Positions 10,108 to 62,309 of a stretch of DNA of 64,000 bases are shown in pieces. The first letter of the stretch is position 1, and every line of letters begins with the position of its first letter. Where the stretch lies: positions 28,210,001 through 28,274,000 of the forward strand of contig OZ231126.1 in the NCBI GenBank assembly GCA_965153355.1, given 5' to 3'. The position numbers and the translations under genes were made by a program. Origin of the DNA: Flaccisagitta enflata (Eukaryota). The notes below the pieces were generated by a model that made no database searches, was not told the origin of the DNA, and saw only the letters and a list, made by a program, of their open reading frames with translations.

Positions 10108-11328
10108 TTGGATGGTTATTTCACCCGCCGCGACGCGCTGCTCCATCTTGTTAAAGGCTCTAGTTATGAGATTCAAAAATCACGTTTGGCGCAGGATTTG
10201 TGCACCTTCCTCATGGCTCATTCATCGCTGCCCCCTCCGTTGGCGACGGCTGCTTCAATCGATAAGGCAACTCCTGAAGACATTGGGAAATTTCTTTACT
10301 TTCGTGATTCCCGCGGCCGCACACAAATTCATAAATCAAGTTGTCCTTTCATCGGCATGTCGGGCTTAAAGGACTGCGGTTGCCGCGTGGGCCTTGCAGC
10401 TGGAACAATTGACTCCATGATTGGCAAGTTGAGAGCCTATTTCAACAGTCGTGGGCAGACTCAGCCTTATTCTCCCTCGTCTTCTAATTCTAATCCCTGC
10501 GACTCGACGTTTGTCAAGGATTGGCTCAAGGCGGCCTACAAGGAACAGCGGCTTGCCAGAGTCACGCCGCATCAAGCGCCTCCCCTTTTTTCGACGCATT
10601 TACGCCTTCTCGCAGCGGAGATCTCACGCCGCATTGCTTCTCTTCCTTCTTCAGCGCCGCTCTTCCCCGAAAAATTTTGCCTTTTTCGAGATCGCGCTTT
10701 CTTCTTGATTCAATGGTTCAGTGGCGACCGGGCCGGGGATTTGGGACGTGCGGTCGGTCAAGAGGTCTCGCGACCTTCAACGGGTGCCTTAATTCTCAAG
10801 CACACAATTGGAAAAACAATTCGTCAAAGTGGCAGTCAAATTTTAGTGGTGCCTCATATCCCGGAAGATTCGCTTGTTTGCCCTGTCCGCGCTTTCGACG
10901 ATTATGTTGAAGTTTGCAAGTCAGGCGGGATTGATTTGAAGGGAGGTTTTCTTTTTCCTCCCCTCCTGGCCCCTAAGCGGAACAGCGTAAGGAACGCTCC
11001 TTTTAATTCGGCGGCTGCTACAAAGAGAGTGCGTCTCTACATTTCTCCCGATGTGCTTCCTGACGTTTCCGCCCATGGCGCCCGGGCGGGCTGTGCTACA
11101 ACCCTTCTTCTCCTCGGCGCCTCTAAAGATGAGGTCATGGATCATTGTAGGTAGGCTTCAGAGCGCGTTTGCAAGCAGTACCATCAGCTTCAAAAGGTCT
11201 CCAGGATTAAAGGCTCAGCTTTGCGACTTAAAGACGGTCTCCTCGCTTCAGACGAGAAATCAGCAGACAGCGCGGCGGCTTTCTACGAATCCCTGAATAA
11301 TGGGGAACATCAAGCTCCTGCCCTATAA
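10108..11328 (+). pseudogene. Tyrosine recombinase of the retrotransposon, with premature TAG at 11152-11154 (probably from TGG)
   Basis: RDRAFFLIQWFSGDRAGDL (catalytic R), HTIGKT (K), SAHGARAG (HxxR), DHCR*ASERVCKQY (H/W and nucleophile Y). The frame stays open after the stop until TAA at 11326-11328. The 5' start is uncertain; possible upstream exon ~9970-10029. Confidence 0.88.
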
Positions 11329-11455
11329 TCTTTAATCCCCTCTTGCTCTGTAAATAATGATTTGCGTCTGGTTAGTACTGGGTGAGATATGGGTGTTGTG
11401 TGTCCGAGCCTTTTGATTTTCGAGGCCTCTGGGGCCTCGATACTCATGTACTGCA

Positions 11456-11582
11456 GCGCTTTTTGCCCACTCCCTAAACACAGGTTCGTCGACGGGCAGA
11501 AACTGCTTGGCGGAATAGTATACTATTCCGCCTACAGGGAATGTTCGTCGACGAAACAAGGTTGGAGAAAAAGATAAACATT
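11456..11582 (+). repeat. Internal B1-A2 junction of the split direct repeats, with a 24-bp palindrome
   Basis: B1 abuts A2 across ggcggaatagta|tactattccgcc (11509-11532), a perfect palindrome. Confidence 0.93.
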
Positions 11583-11761
11583 TCCGTAGGGGGATAGGCT
11601 GATATAGGCTGGTGAATCAGGTATTGATTATCCTTGTGTGTGTGGTGTTGCTGTATGTGATTGCTTCTCGATCAATATCAATGGAATAATTTTTCATCCC
11701 TTTCCCTCCCTCCCTTCTCTCTTTCACCTGCCTTCTGGCAATCCATACGGCAACACTGCAC

Positions 11762-11830
11762 GCGCTTTTTGCCCACTCCCTAAACACAGGTTCGTCGACG
11801 GGCAGAAACTGCTTGGCGGAATAGTATACT
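11762..11830 (+). repeat. Split direct repeat B2 (right terminus)
   Basis: Identical to 11456-11524. Confidence 0.95.
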
Positions 11831-14052
11831 GTGTTAGTTCGTCATAGTCAGCAAATTTTGCCAAAAAGAACATTTCGTTTAGTCGTTTATAACAGAATTA
11901 GCAAAAAGTTTCGTACTCTGTCTTGAAAACCATACTTTTTGCGGGAGTTATGAGCTAAAATTTGAACCAGAGTATCTCAGTTGGTCATACTAAAGGTAGA
12001 AATGAAGAGCAACTGATAAAATTTCCATACATGGCCATGACCTGTATCTAAAACAAAACCGAAATCAGGATTAATACATGATTTTATTTGCAGAACTGTG
12101 TTTATCAAAAGAAGAGTCTTTGCAACTTTATTGGCCCCTAGTTGGACTCTTTCTAAGGAGAAATGCATCTAGGGGAGTTGGTTAGGTCAACTAGCATGGG
12201 GTTTCAGTCAGCAGAAATTGATATATCAATCCAATTAAGACAAGAGTTGAATGTGCATTCAAAGACCAAAAATCTATTTTAATCTATTTCATTTGTCCCT
12301 ATTAGTTTAACAAGACCAAGTAGGCCAATAGATGCGACGTGTGGATCGTCGAACGAATGCGTTACAGACCAACCGACCGACAGACAGACCGACGGACACA
12401 GCCCGTTATAGAGGTGCTTTGTCGCACCTAAAAACATAAAAATGAACTCTGCTGTCTAACATGCCTCCATTCATCTTTTCTGAAGTTAAAGTATAATCTA
12501 ATTTTCAACTATGAACATTTCTTTCAGATAATTTCTTTAATGCTAGGTGTCTTTTCTTAAGATTTGATGACAAGTACGAAATTTTTTGCACACCCTGTTA
12601 ATAGCGAATGGTGCTGTTTACTTTTGAGCGAATCAAATCGTCCAACTTGTGGTCTTTCCATTCCATTTGCGTTGCTGTTGAGTCAAGCATCTTCATTCAG
12701 GTTTCCTGTCTCCGAATGTGACCTTATATACCCTAAATCCATGCATGTGATCTTTTTTTCACCCATCCATCCTATCTATATCTTTTGAGTCTATATCCTA
12801 ATGGAATCATGAGCATCGGGTCCGTCTGGAGGCACTAGCACTGATACTTGATACATTGATTGGAAAGTAATAAGTATCGAGATGTTCCTACCGTTTCCTC
12901 CTCTTCTCCATCGCCATCCTTCTTCCCCCGAAGTGGGTCTCCCCTCGTTACCCCTCTTTTTAATTTTTTTGCCGATTTTGAAATATCGGAACCGGGCAGA
13001 ATCGGAAATTTAAGGGAAGCAGAGCAGCTAGACGGCGGCATTAAGCCAATGAGAGCGAAGAAAAACGAACCGCAGAAAGCGAAGGATCCTATCAGAGGCC
13101 GGAGTCAGTTACTATCCAACACACCGTCTGCGCGACGACACATTTGCGGGGTGAATCATTGCCATCGTTAGAAAAAGAGAGAGAAAGGAATTCGATTCGG
13201 CACGATTTGAATCGCGTAATAGTAACCGCTCTCTTATTTTGATTGTTTTCTTACATCGTTCATTTACGACAGGGATTACTCGTTGACATGAACCTGGGCA
13301 GGACGGACACGTAAAAAAGAGACAGACCTCGTATTTGTCTCTTTGTCGGTACGTCCGTCATCGCTTTGTCGCTGTTTCTCTCCTACCCTGTTTCCAATAC
13401 AATACTGATCAGCCAGCACGCGTCAAGGGCGAGGCACAAATTTCGACCTCATAACAAACATTTTTCTTCTCTGCGTGCCAAGTTTGGTCTTATGAAAATA
13501 GAAGTAAGGTCTGCTGTCATACGGGGGTGTGATAAACAGATTTTAAGATCCACATGATTTGTTTCTTTCCCTTTTTTCTCACGACTTAGTTTGACGGTTA
13601 TTTATAGCGAGTTATGTCGTAGTACTGTAAATTCTCAAACTATAAATATCGATAAAATATCTCTCATATGTGGTGGTATTGACTGTCCCATATTGATATT
13701 CAATTTTATTCACCATCTCATATTATTATTGAGTATTGACCATCTTCTATTCATATTGACTATCCCATAGTTATTTTGGGATCGAATTAGTTAAAGATGT
13801 CTCATGTAGGGTAGCGAGGGGTGGGGAGGGGTGGTTACACCACCCCTCGCCCCACCCCTCCCACCCCTCGGTTGAAATTGACCACCCCTTGGTTTACCCC
13901 TCCCACCCCTTGGTTTACCCCTCCCACCCCTTGGTTTACCCCTCAGTTTACCCCTCAGTTTACCCCTCGGTCCACCCCTCACCCCACCCCACCCCACCCC
14001 TCACCCCACCCCTCGGTTTTTTTTATACTTCAAAAATTTGATAAAATTGCTA

Positions 14053-14651
14053 CAGTAGGATGGGAGCAAAGACAACCTAGACTGGAGGATAGATTTTGAG
14101 TATCTTAATTTTATTTGATGAATAAAAAAAAAAAGATCCATGTTAATTAAAGGTTGTTGTATTGCTTGAATATATTAGCTTTTCTCATTTTTCAACTTGT
14201 GACTTTACATTATCAATATTTCATTTTTCAATACTTTAACCTAGCTTATCAGATTGGACAAAAATTTTTCATAATTTAGAAAAAAAAATCAGCTCAATCG
14301 GATTATTTTAACAGTTTTTATGCCTGTTTTAAGCTTTGCCTAAATATTAATTGACATGATTATTCTTCTTAAAAAGTAGCTGTAAAACCTGTAAAAATAA
14401 TTTGATTGAACTGATTTTTTTTCAAAATGATATAAAATTTTTAGCCTAATCTGATGGGCTAGGTTAAAATGTTAAAAAATGAAGTCCTGATGAAGTAAAG
14501 TCACAAGTTGAAGAATAGAAAAAAATTAACATCTTCAAGCAATAGAGCAACGTTTGATTAACATAAATTTCAATTTTTTTATTAATCAAATGAAATTAAA
14601 ATACTTAAAATCTATCCTCCAGTCTAGGTCGTCTTTGCTCCCATTGTACTG
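14053..14651. mobile_element. Palindromic MITE (TA target duplication), nested
   Basis: ta|cagtaggatgggagcaaagacaacctagactggaggatagatttt ... aaaatctatcctccagtctaggtcgtctttgctcccattgtactg|ta. Confidence 0.85.
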
Positions 14652-15027
14652 TAGTTTGCAAAAAGTACAAAAATCTCAATTACATATTGCAGTCTCAATA
14701 CCTTTAAGTTCAAGGGATTTCATAATTCAAAAAACCAAAAAGGGTGGTGGCACTGAAATTGTTTATAAAATACACGACTATTATTTAAGCTAAAATGAAA
14801 ATGTCTACCCCTCGGTCTACCCCTCGGTCAACCTCCGGGTCTACCACTGGATCTACCCCTCGGTTCTTTTTTGGTGGTTCAAACTGAAAATGCACAGCTA
14901 TCATTTAATTTACAGCCTAGAGAAAAGAAACATTTTGCAGATATATACAGAGACATTTTTCCCATAGCAAGTAAAATATTTCATTCGTGGTAAAACAAAA
15001 CCTTTTACCTTAGGCAAGTTAAAATTT

Positions 15028-15900
15028 GCCTAACCCCAACACAACCCCTAACCCTAACACAACCCTTAACCCTAAACTCAACATTACCCCTAGCCCTAAA
15101 CCTAACACAACCCTTAACCCTAAACCTAATACAACCCTTAACCCTATACTCAACATTACCCCTAACCCTAAACCCAATACTATCTTTAACCCTAAATTCA
15201 ACATTACCCCTAACCCTAACACAACCCTTAACCCTAAACCTAACACAACCCTTAACCCTAAACCCAACACTACCCCTAACCCTAAACCCAACACTACCTG
15301 TAACCTTAAACTCAACACTACCCCTAACCCAAAACCAAACACAACCCCTAACCCTTAACTTATGTTTAGTCCTTAATGTTAAACCTTATTAAGACTAACT
15401 TAAAACAGACCCTAACCCTTTCCCACGAAGGCACTTCATTTATGCAGGTTATTAATACAGGTTATCTATGCAGGGTTATGATTTCAAATTAAAGGTTAAG
15501 GTTGTGTTTTTTTAGTTAGGGTTAGGACTGGACATAAATGTTAAGGTTAGGGGTAGTGTTGGGTTTAAGGTTAGGGGTTGTATTAGGTTTAGGGTAAGGG
15601 GTTGTGTTAGGTTTAGTGTTTCTTTAATTAGGAATAGCGCTGGATATAAATGTTAAGGTTAAGGTTAGGGACTGTGTTGGGTTTAGGGTTAGGGATTGTG
15701 TTGGGTTTAGGGTTAGGGATTGTGTTGGGTTTAGGGGTTGTGTTGGGTTTAGTGTTTTTTTTAAATAAGAGCTGGATATAAATGTTAAAGTTAAGGTTAG
15801 GGGTTGTGTTGGGTTTAGGGTTAGGGGTTGTATTTGGTTTAGGGCTAAGGGTTGTGTTAGATTTAGGGTTAGGGGTTGTGTTAGGTTTAAGGTTAAGGGC
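15028..15900. repeat. Degenerate telomere-like repeats: (CCCTAA)-type at 15028-15420 and (TTAGGG)-type at 15490-15900
   Basis: aaccctaaccctaa-like units followed by the reverse-complement ttagggttaggg-like units. Confidence 0.8.
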
Positions 15901-16337
15901 TTAATTAAGTTAAAAGCTCATTATCCCTCACTACCCCTCAACCACCCCTAACCCCACCCCTCGCCTTACCCCTCACCCCACCCCTCGCCCCACCCCACCC
16001 TTCACCCCACCCCTCACCCCACCCCTCGCCCTACCCCACCCCTCGCTTTACCCCCCCCCACCCCTCGCTTTACCCCTCCCACCCCTCGCTACCCCTACAT
16101 AATTTCAAACCACCCTTCACTTTTTTACCACCCCTAGCTACCCCTCACTACCCCTCACTGAGACATCTATAACTAATTTCAGCCTTATTGGGATATTGAT
16201 TAAAACTCATAATGATAGGATTTCTAACTCACATTATATTGGTATATATAAGGTTAGTGTTTCTAAGTATCGAATGAAGAATTGAGATCCCCGTTTGATG
16301 ACAGTCCTTCTAATGACATCAAGATTAAGTTAAGAAG

Positions 16338-45430
<29,093 letters not shown>

Positions 45431-46151
45431 CGCCTATGAGACTAACTTTGACAGAAAGGGACCTCGAAGAAAGACAATTTAACGAAAAAGTGTGCAAAAC
45501 CGATTGTTTCTTACTTCTATGTGTGAAAGTGATAAAGTAACGTACCTCAATTGCTATTAGAAAGAAAAAATCCTTAGATATCGTTTAACGTTGCTTTTGT
45601 CCACCATTTGGTCACAAAATATCCGCGATACCATTGGGTCTCTTTTTTTCCTGACAAAGCAAATCTGTCTTACACGAGACTCGCGGCAAATAATGACGTA
45701 AATTTAAATCGTCGGCGGTGGAGAAAAATACATAACTGTGATGGGAATGGTTTGGTGGTGGGAAGTGATGGTCATGCAGTTTCATTGGCGTCTGATATGT
45801 TCGATCTTTATGATACCGACGCAGACCGTCTATATTTCCCCTCTTTTTCGCAAAGAATTTACCTTTTCTATGTTTCTATTTACATTATTTGCTTGACTTT
45901 TTTTCATGGATTCATTTTAAGTATTTATGTGAGATAGAGGACATGTTTCGGTGATATCGGAACTTTTTAATTTATATCTTATTTCTTTAATAGTGTTAAA
46001 ATATCTCTATCGTAAAATAGTAACGTCACTCACCATCGCTTCAAACTATTTGTCTGAATTTATGCTGTGAGGAAACGGAAGCGAAATTCTTTGAGCAATT
46101 GATATAAAAAAAACAGTATTTTGCGTCGAAAGAACAAAAAAATTGCATACG

Positions 46152-46563
46152 CAGTCTATGGACAAAACAAGGAGAGTAAATTTTGCTGATCACTGTTATG
46201 ATGCTTAGGCGTAGTTGAATTTAAAATGTAGGTTTGTAATTACCTCATAGAAATTTACTAAAGACTGAAAGAATTAACAGAAGAACGATTACTACCTGTA
46301 GTAATCGTTCAAAATATAGGTTTGTAATTACCTCGAAAAAAATTACGTAGGACTGAAAGAAACTAACGGAAGAACGATTACTACCTCTAGTAATCGTTCT
46401 TGCAATAGTTTCTTTCAGTCCTCAGTCATTTTCTATGAGGTAATTGCAAGCCTACATTTTGAACGATTACTACAGGTAGTAATTGTTCTTCCGTTAATTC
46501 TTTCAGTCCTTAGCATCATACTGGTGATCAGCAAAATCTACTCTCCTCGTTTTGTCCATAGAC
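46152..46563. mobile_element. Palindromic MITE
   Basis: gtctatggacaaaacaaggagagtaaattttgctgatcac ... gtgatcagcaaaatctactctcctcgttttgtccatagac. Confidence 0.8.
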
Positions 46564-48587
46564 AATGTCTAAAAATATTTACATTGCTTCAGCAATCTAT
46601 GGCACTTTTATCCCTAAGCTTTAAAAAGGTTGTAAATGGGGCCAAGGAGATTTTAGAAATACTTTCCAAAAGTATGAACCTAGGCCCGAATTTGGTTTCG
46701 TATTCGGCATAGACCCATGTGTACCTCTCGTTGGCGGTATGACATATTTCCGCTCGTTAGCGAACCTTATCTGGTAGATCCAATTGTATTATGTAACGCC
46801 CTAATTAGGACAACTTAGTTTTAATTTTCCAACAAAAAGAAGCTGAAAAGATTTACGTTCTGGTTGTTGCTGTGATTTTAGTTGGTTCACAAGAACACAA
46901 ATGGCCTCATGTAAACTTAATTTTATTTTGTAATGGGAAGGTATACCGACGTCTGAAAACCTTCACACGCAACTAAACTGTGTCATTCTCAAATTGAGAA
47001 GAAGAAACCAAATTTTTTTTTTGCATTCCTTCCGCGCGCGCGCTCTGGTTTTGTGTACTTCGTGACTATCAGTAGAGGAAATACATTTTCTTTTTCTCGC
47101 ACTGGTCGCCTTTTTCATGGATGTGCTAAAACGGGCAACTATGTGTCCCGAGTCCTGACAGCTCATTTAAGCATCGTGGACTTTTTGCTTGGATGTGTGA
47201 CAAATGGATGTAAAACAAGTGACGCGAGGTCACAATATCGTTGCGGACGGGTGGGCAGGGGCAGCCAACCCCCATTCATACCCAACACTTTACCTAATCC
47301 CCTTCCCAAAACAGACACGTACACAAATAGCTCCCAAAAGCTCGTTTTCCCCCTTTTCGACTTGTGCTGACGGACCGACGGACCGACGGACAAAGCCTCT
47401 GAATGAGTTGCGTGTCCGCAACTAAAAAGGAAGGGATAGACTCGCCTGAAGACATGTTCGGATGCATGTAGTCTACGCTTAGAAGCCATGGACCAAAGTC
47501 AAAGCACCGCTCAACGCAGTATGCAAGAATGTGTATATGTATGGCAGAGGCCCAGGGAAAAAGTTTCATAAGCATCAGAGACCTCAAACCATCGGCAGCG
47601 AGCATATTTATGATAAGAATTAAAGTAAATACTAACATATTTACATTCAGTTAACTCTTTTTGCATTTTTTATCTTTTAGTTGTTCTTAACGTTACAGCT
47701 AAGCATTTTTAGACGCGTGCTACGCGACTGTTTACCCCGCTTTGTCGTTCCGTTCGTTGGCTGGTCGATCTGTTGGTTGGTTGGTGCCCTTTTTACTTTT
47801 TTAGCATTTTGAGCTAACTGCTCCTGCCCAAATGCCCCAGTAACCTGATCTATCAATACCCCTGCCCGGCCGCACGCGACTAGGGTAGCCATGTATCCGG
47901 CCTTTTTTTATCTTTAATTGCATCAACAAAAGAGGCTGTCAGTGCATCCGCCCGTTAGACCTTTGGTTTGTTCAGCTCAACTGAAAAAATCAATGAAATC
48001 GACTAAAATCACTAGAAATTTATCATGCGGGAAATTCAAATCATTCTTCATCTCATCTCATTCATTCATTCATTTATTCATTCATTTATTCATTCATCCA
48101 TTCATACATCCATTCATTCATCCATTCATTCATTCATTCTCTCATTCTTCATTCATTTGACAACATTCATCATTCATTGCATTCATTCATTCATTCATTC
48201 ATCATGCTAATTGATTCATAGCATTCACACTCATTCATTATAGATTCATTATTCATAAACTCTCATTCATTGTTAATTTATTCATGCATTGCAGTTGTCC
48301 ACTGACCCGTGATACACTGTTTGATCGACATTTTCTCTTTCTCGAAAAACTGAACTTATTTCCCGATCCTCCTTCAATCATTTTATGCCTCGTCCTTGCT
48401 TTGGGTGGTGGTTGGGTATTAAACGCCTCTAGTATACCAAAACCACCCATAGTGTTGGTGATTTAGGTGTTTGGGTGGTTTTTGGGGTGTCGGTGATGGT
48501 GATTTGGGGGTTTTGGGTGGTGGTTGGGTAAATAATGTCTCTAGTATGCCAAAACCGCCCAAAGTGCGGATCGACCGACAGACATAG

Positions 48588-48903
48588 CGTGCCCCCCCTA
48601 CAGCTCACATTGTTCATTCCATTTCCTAACTTGCAGTGGCGGTTGACACCTTGGGTGGATACAATTGGTGCCACCCTGGCGATTTTTCAATTTCCACCTA
48701 TAACCCTCCCAACGGGCCAATTTTATATCAAAATTTGAGAAAAAAATAAATCGATTTTTTGGGCTTTAGGGGTGGTTTGAGGGGGTTCAAAGTGGAAATT
48801 GAAAAATCGCTACGGTGGCGCCATTTCTATCCACCTAAAGTGTCAACCGCCACTGCAATTGTGGTAATCCATTGAACCATGTGAGCTGTAGGGGGGGGGC
48901 ATG
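48588..48903. mobile_element. Palindromic MITE-like element
   Basis: gccccccctacagctcaca...tgcagtggcggttgacac / gtgtcaaccgccactgca...tgtgagctgtaggggggggc. Confidence 0.75.
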
Positions 48904-48953
48904 TAACACTTAGGGTCCCTCCTCCGCTCTTATTAGGATCCTGTCTGTACATA

Positions 48954-49571
48954 CAGTACCTTCCGAGCAAACCCGGCTAAAACTGGAGGATATATTTTTG
49001 TTACTTTAATTTCATTTTCTAAACTTCGTTTTTTGTATCTAACTTAATTGAAAAATACTTAATCCCTTAAGCATATTTGGCTGTCAAAAAAAATGACTTG
49101 TAAAATCAAAGTGCATGAAGACATCAATATAGAGTGTTCTAACCCAGACCGTTGGATTCAGCAGAAAATTTTATTTGTCCTAGACTACAAGAACAGCTCA
49201 ATCAGAGAATTATTTTAGGTTTCATACTCATTCAAAGTTTTTAAGGACAATTGTCCTGAATTATTTTGAGACAATTGTCCTTAAAAACTTAAAATAGCTG
49301 TAAAACCTGAAATAATTGTCTGATTGAGCTGTTCTCGTAGTCTAAGATAGGTAAAATGTTCTGCTGAATCCAATGGTCTGGGTTAAAACACTCCATATTG
49401 ATGTCTTCATACACTTTGATTTCACAAGTTATTTTTTTCATCAGCCAAATATGTTCAAGAAAATAAGTATCTTTTAATTAAGTTAGATACAAAAAATGAA
49501 GTTTGGGAAATGAAATTATAGTAACAAAAATTAATCCTCCAGTTTTAGCCGGGTTTGCTCGGAAGGTACTG
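48954..49571. mobile_element. Palindromic MITE, TA target duplication (related to 14053-14651)
   Basis: ta|cagtaccttccgagcaaacccggctaaaactggaggat ... atcctccagttttagccgggtttgctcggaaggtactg|ta. Confidence 0.9.
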
Positions 49572-50575
49572 TAGCTACATTTGGCAGTTCACCGATCATT
49601 TTTTCTTTGCTTGACCGAGATACATGTTTGCTACGTCTATGCACCTCTGAGATTTTTTGAGGATTAAACCCTATTTTTTTGTCGCGTGCATACAACTTTA
49701 TAACCCGCTATGTCGATGGTTCCGTTTCTCAGTTTCTCCATCTGCCCGTTCCGTCCATCCCTCCGTCCATCTGTCCGGCCGGCCGTCCATCTATCCATCT
49801 GTCCGTCCATCCTTCCGTCCATCACCATCAGTTTTTTTGGCGTTTAGGAGCGGTTTTTGCATTACTACTCCTGCCCAATAGCTTGGCCTTGGGTTAGCCT
49901 TTTCATCACTGCCCCTGCCCCACCCACACGCGACTTTGGTAGCCGTGTATACAAACATGCAACTTTATAAAAGACTTTGTCCGTCCAATTGTCTGTCAGT
50001 CCGTAACGCACAAGTCAAAAAGTCGGAAAATGAATGTCTCAGAGGCTCTTTTGGTGTGTGTATCAGTTGGAGGGAGTAGGCGCGGGGTGTTGATGGGGGT
50101 TGGGTGCCCCTGCCCACCCATCCGTGACGATAATGTGACCCCACGTCACTTGTTTATTGCTTTGAAGAACTTTGTGATTGTAATTAGAAAGAAATGACAA
50201 GGGAAAAAGATGTTCTGCACGTTTTTGACAAAAATAAGCTCGCTGCCGATGGTTTTTGGTCACTGAGGGTCATGAAACTTTGCATTTTGTTTTAATTCAC
50301 ACATATCAACATGCGCTCATACTGCGATTGGGGGTCTGACAACGTTGGTCAATCCCTGCTAAGCGTAATGTAGTCGTGCTATGGGTAAGACTGGCAGATT
50401 TGGAGGGGCGTAATTTGACATCCTAAAACTGAGTATATTTGCATTTTGATTCCTATAACTAGCTAGGATGAATGATGTAGAGATGGACAAATGGGCATGT
50501 GCAGTTGACTTTTTTTTCTTGTGCAAAATTTTACAATTGAAGAGTTAAAACGAGGCAATGAAGTACAAAGGAGAT

Positions 50576-62309
<11,734 letters not shown>

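Larger units (their letters stand above)
3142..11830 (+). mobile_element. Tyrosine-recombinase retrotransposon (DIRS order; PAT/Ngaro-type split direct repeats A1...B1-A2...B2)
   Basis: A1 (3142-3203) equals A2 (11521-11582), 62 bp identical. B1 (11456-11524) equals B2 (11762-11830), 69 bp identical. The repeats enclose dUTPase, gag, RT-RNaseH-MT-SGNH and YR ORFs. Confidence 0.93.
13785..16178. mobile_element. ~2.4-kb TIR-bounded non-coding element with C-rich subterminal repeats and inverted telomere-like arrays
   Basis: Outer TIR aattagttaaagatgtctca / tgagacatctataactaatt (1 mismatch). Inner IR atgtagggtagcgaggggtggg / cccacccctcgctacccctacat (ends 16100). (acccctc)-rich subterminal tracts. 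Confidence 0.7.

Noticed and set aside
12564-13557. Short ORFs in the CpG-richer stretch upstream of KIF2A
   Set aside because: No homology-like motifs or consistent exon chain. It may be a promoter or 5' UTR, but I cannot support that from sequence alone.
15019-15358. PNPN/LGLG-repeat ORFs, or a true telomere or chromosome-fusion site
   Set aside because: The ORFs come from a degenerate hexamer-derived repeat. The array is short and enclosed by TIRs, and its CCCTAA-then-TTAGGG order is opposite to that of a head-to-head telomere fusion.
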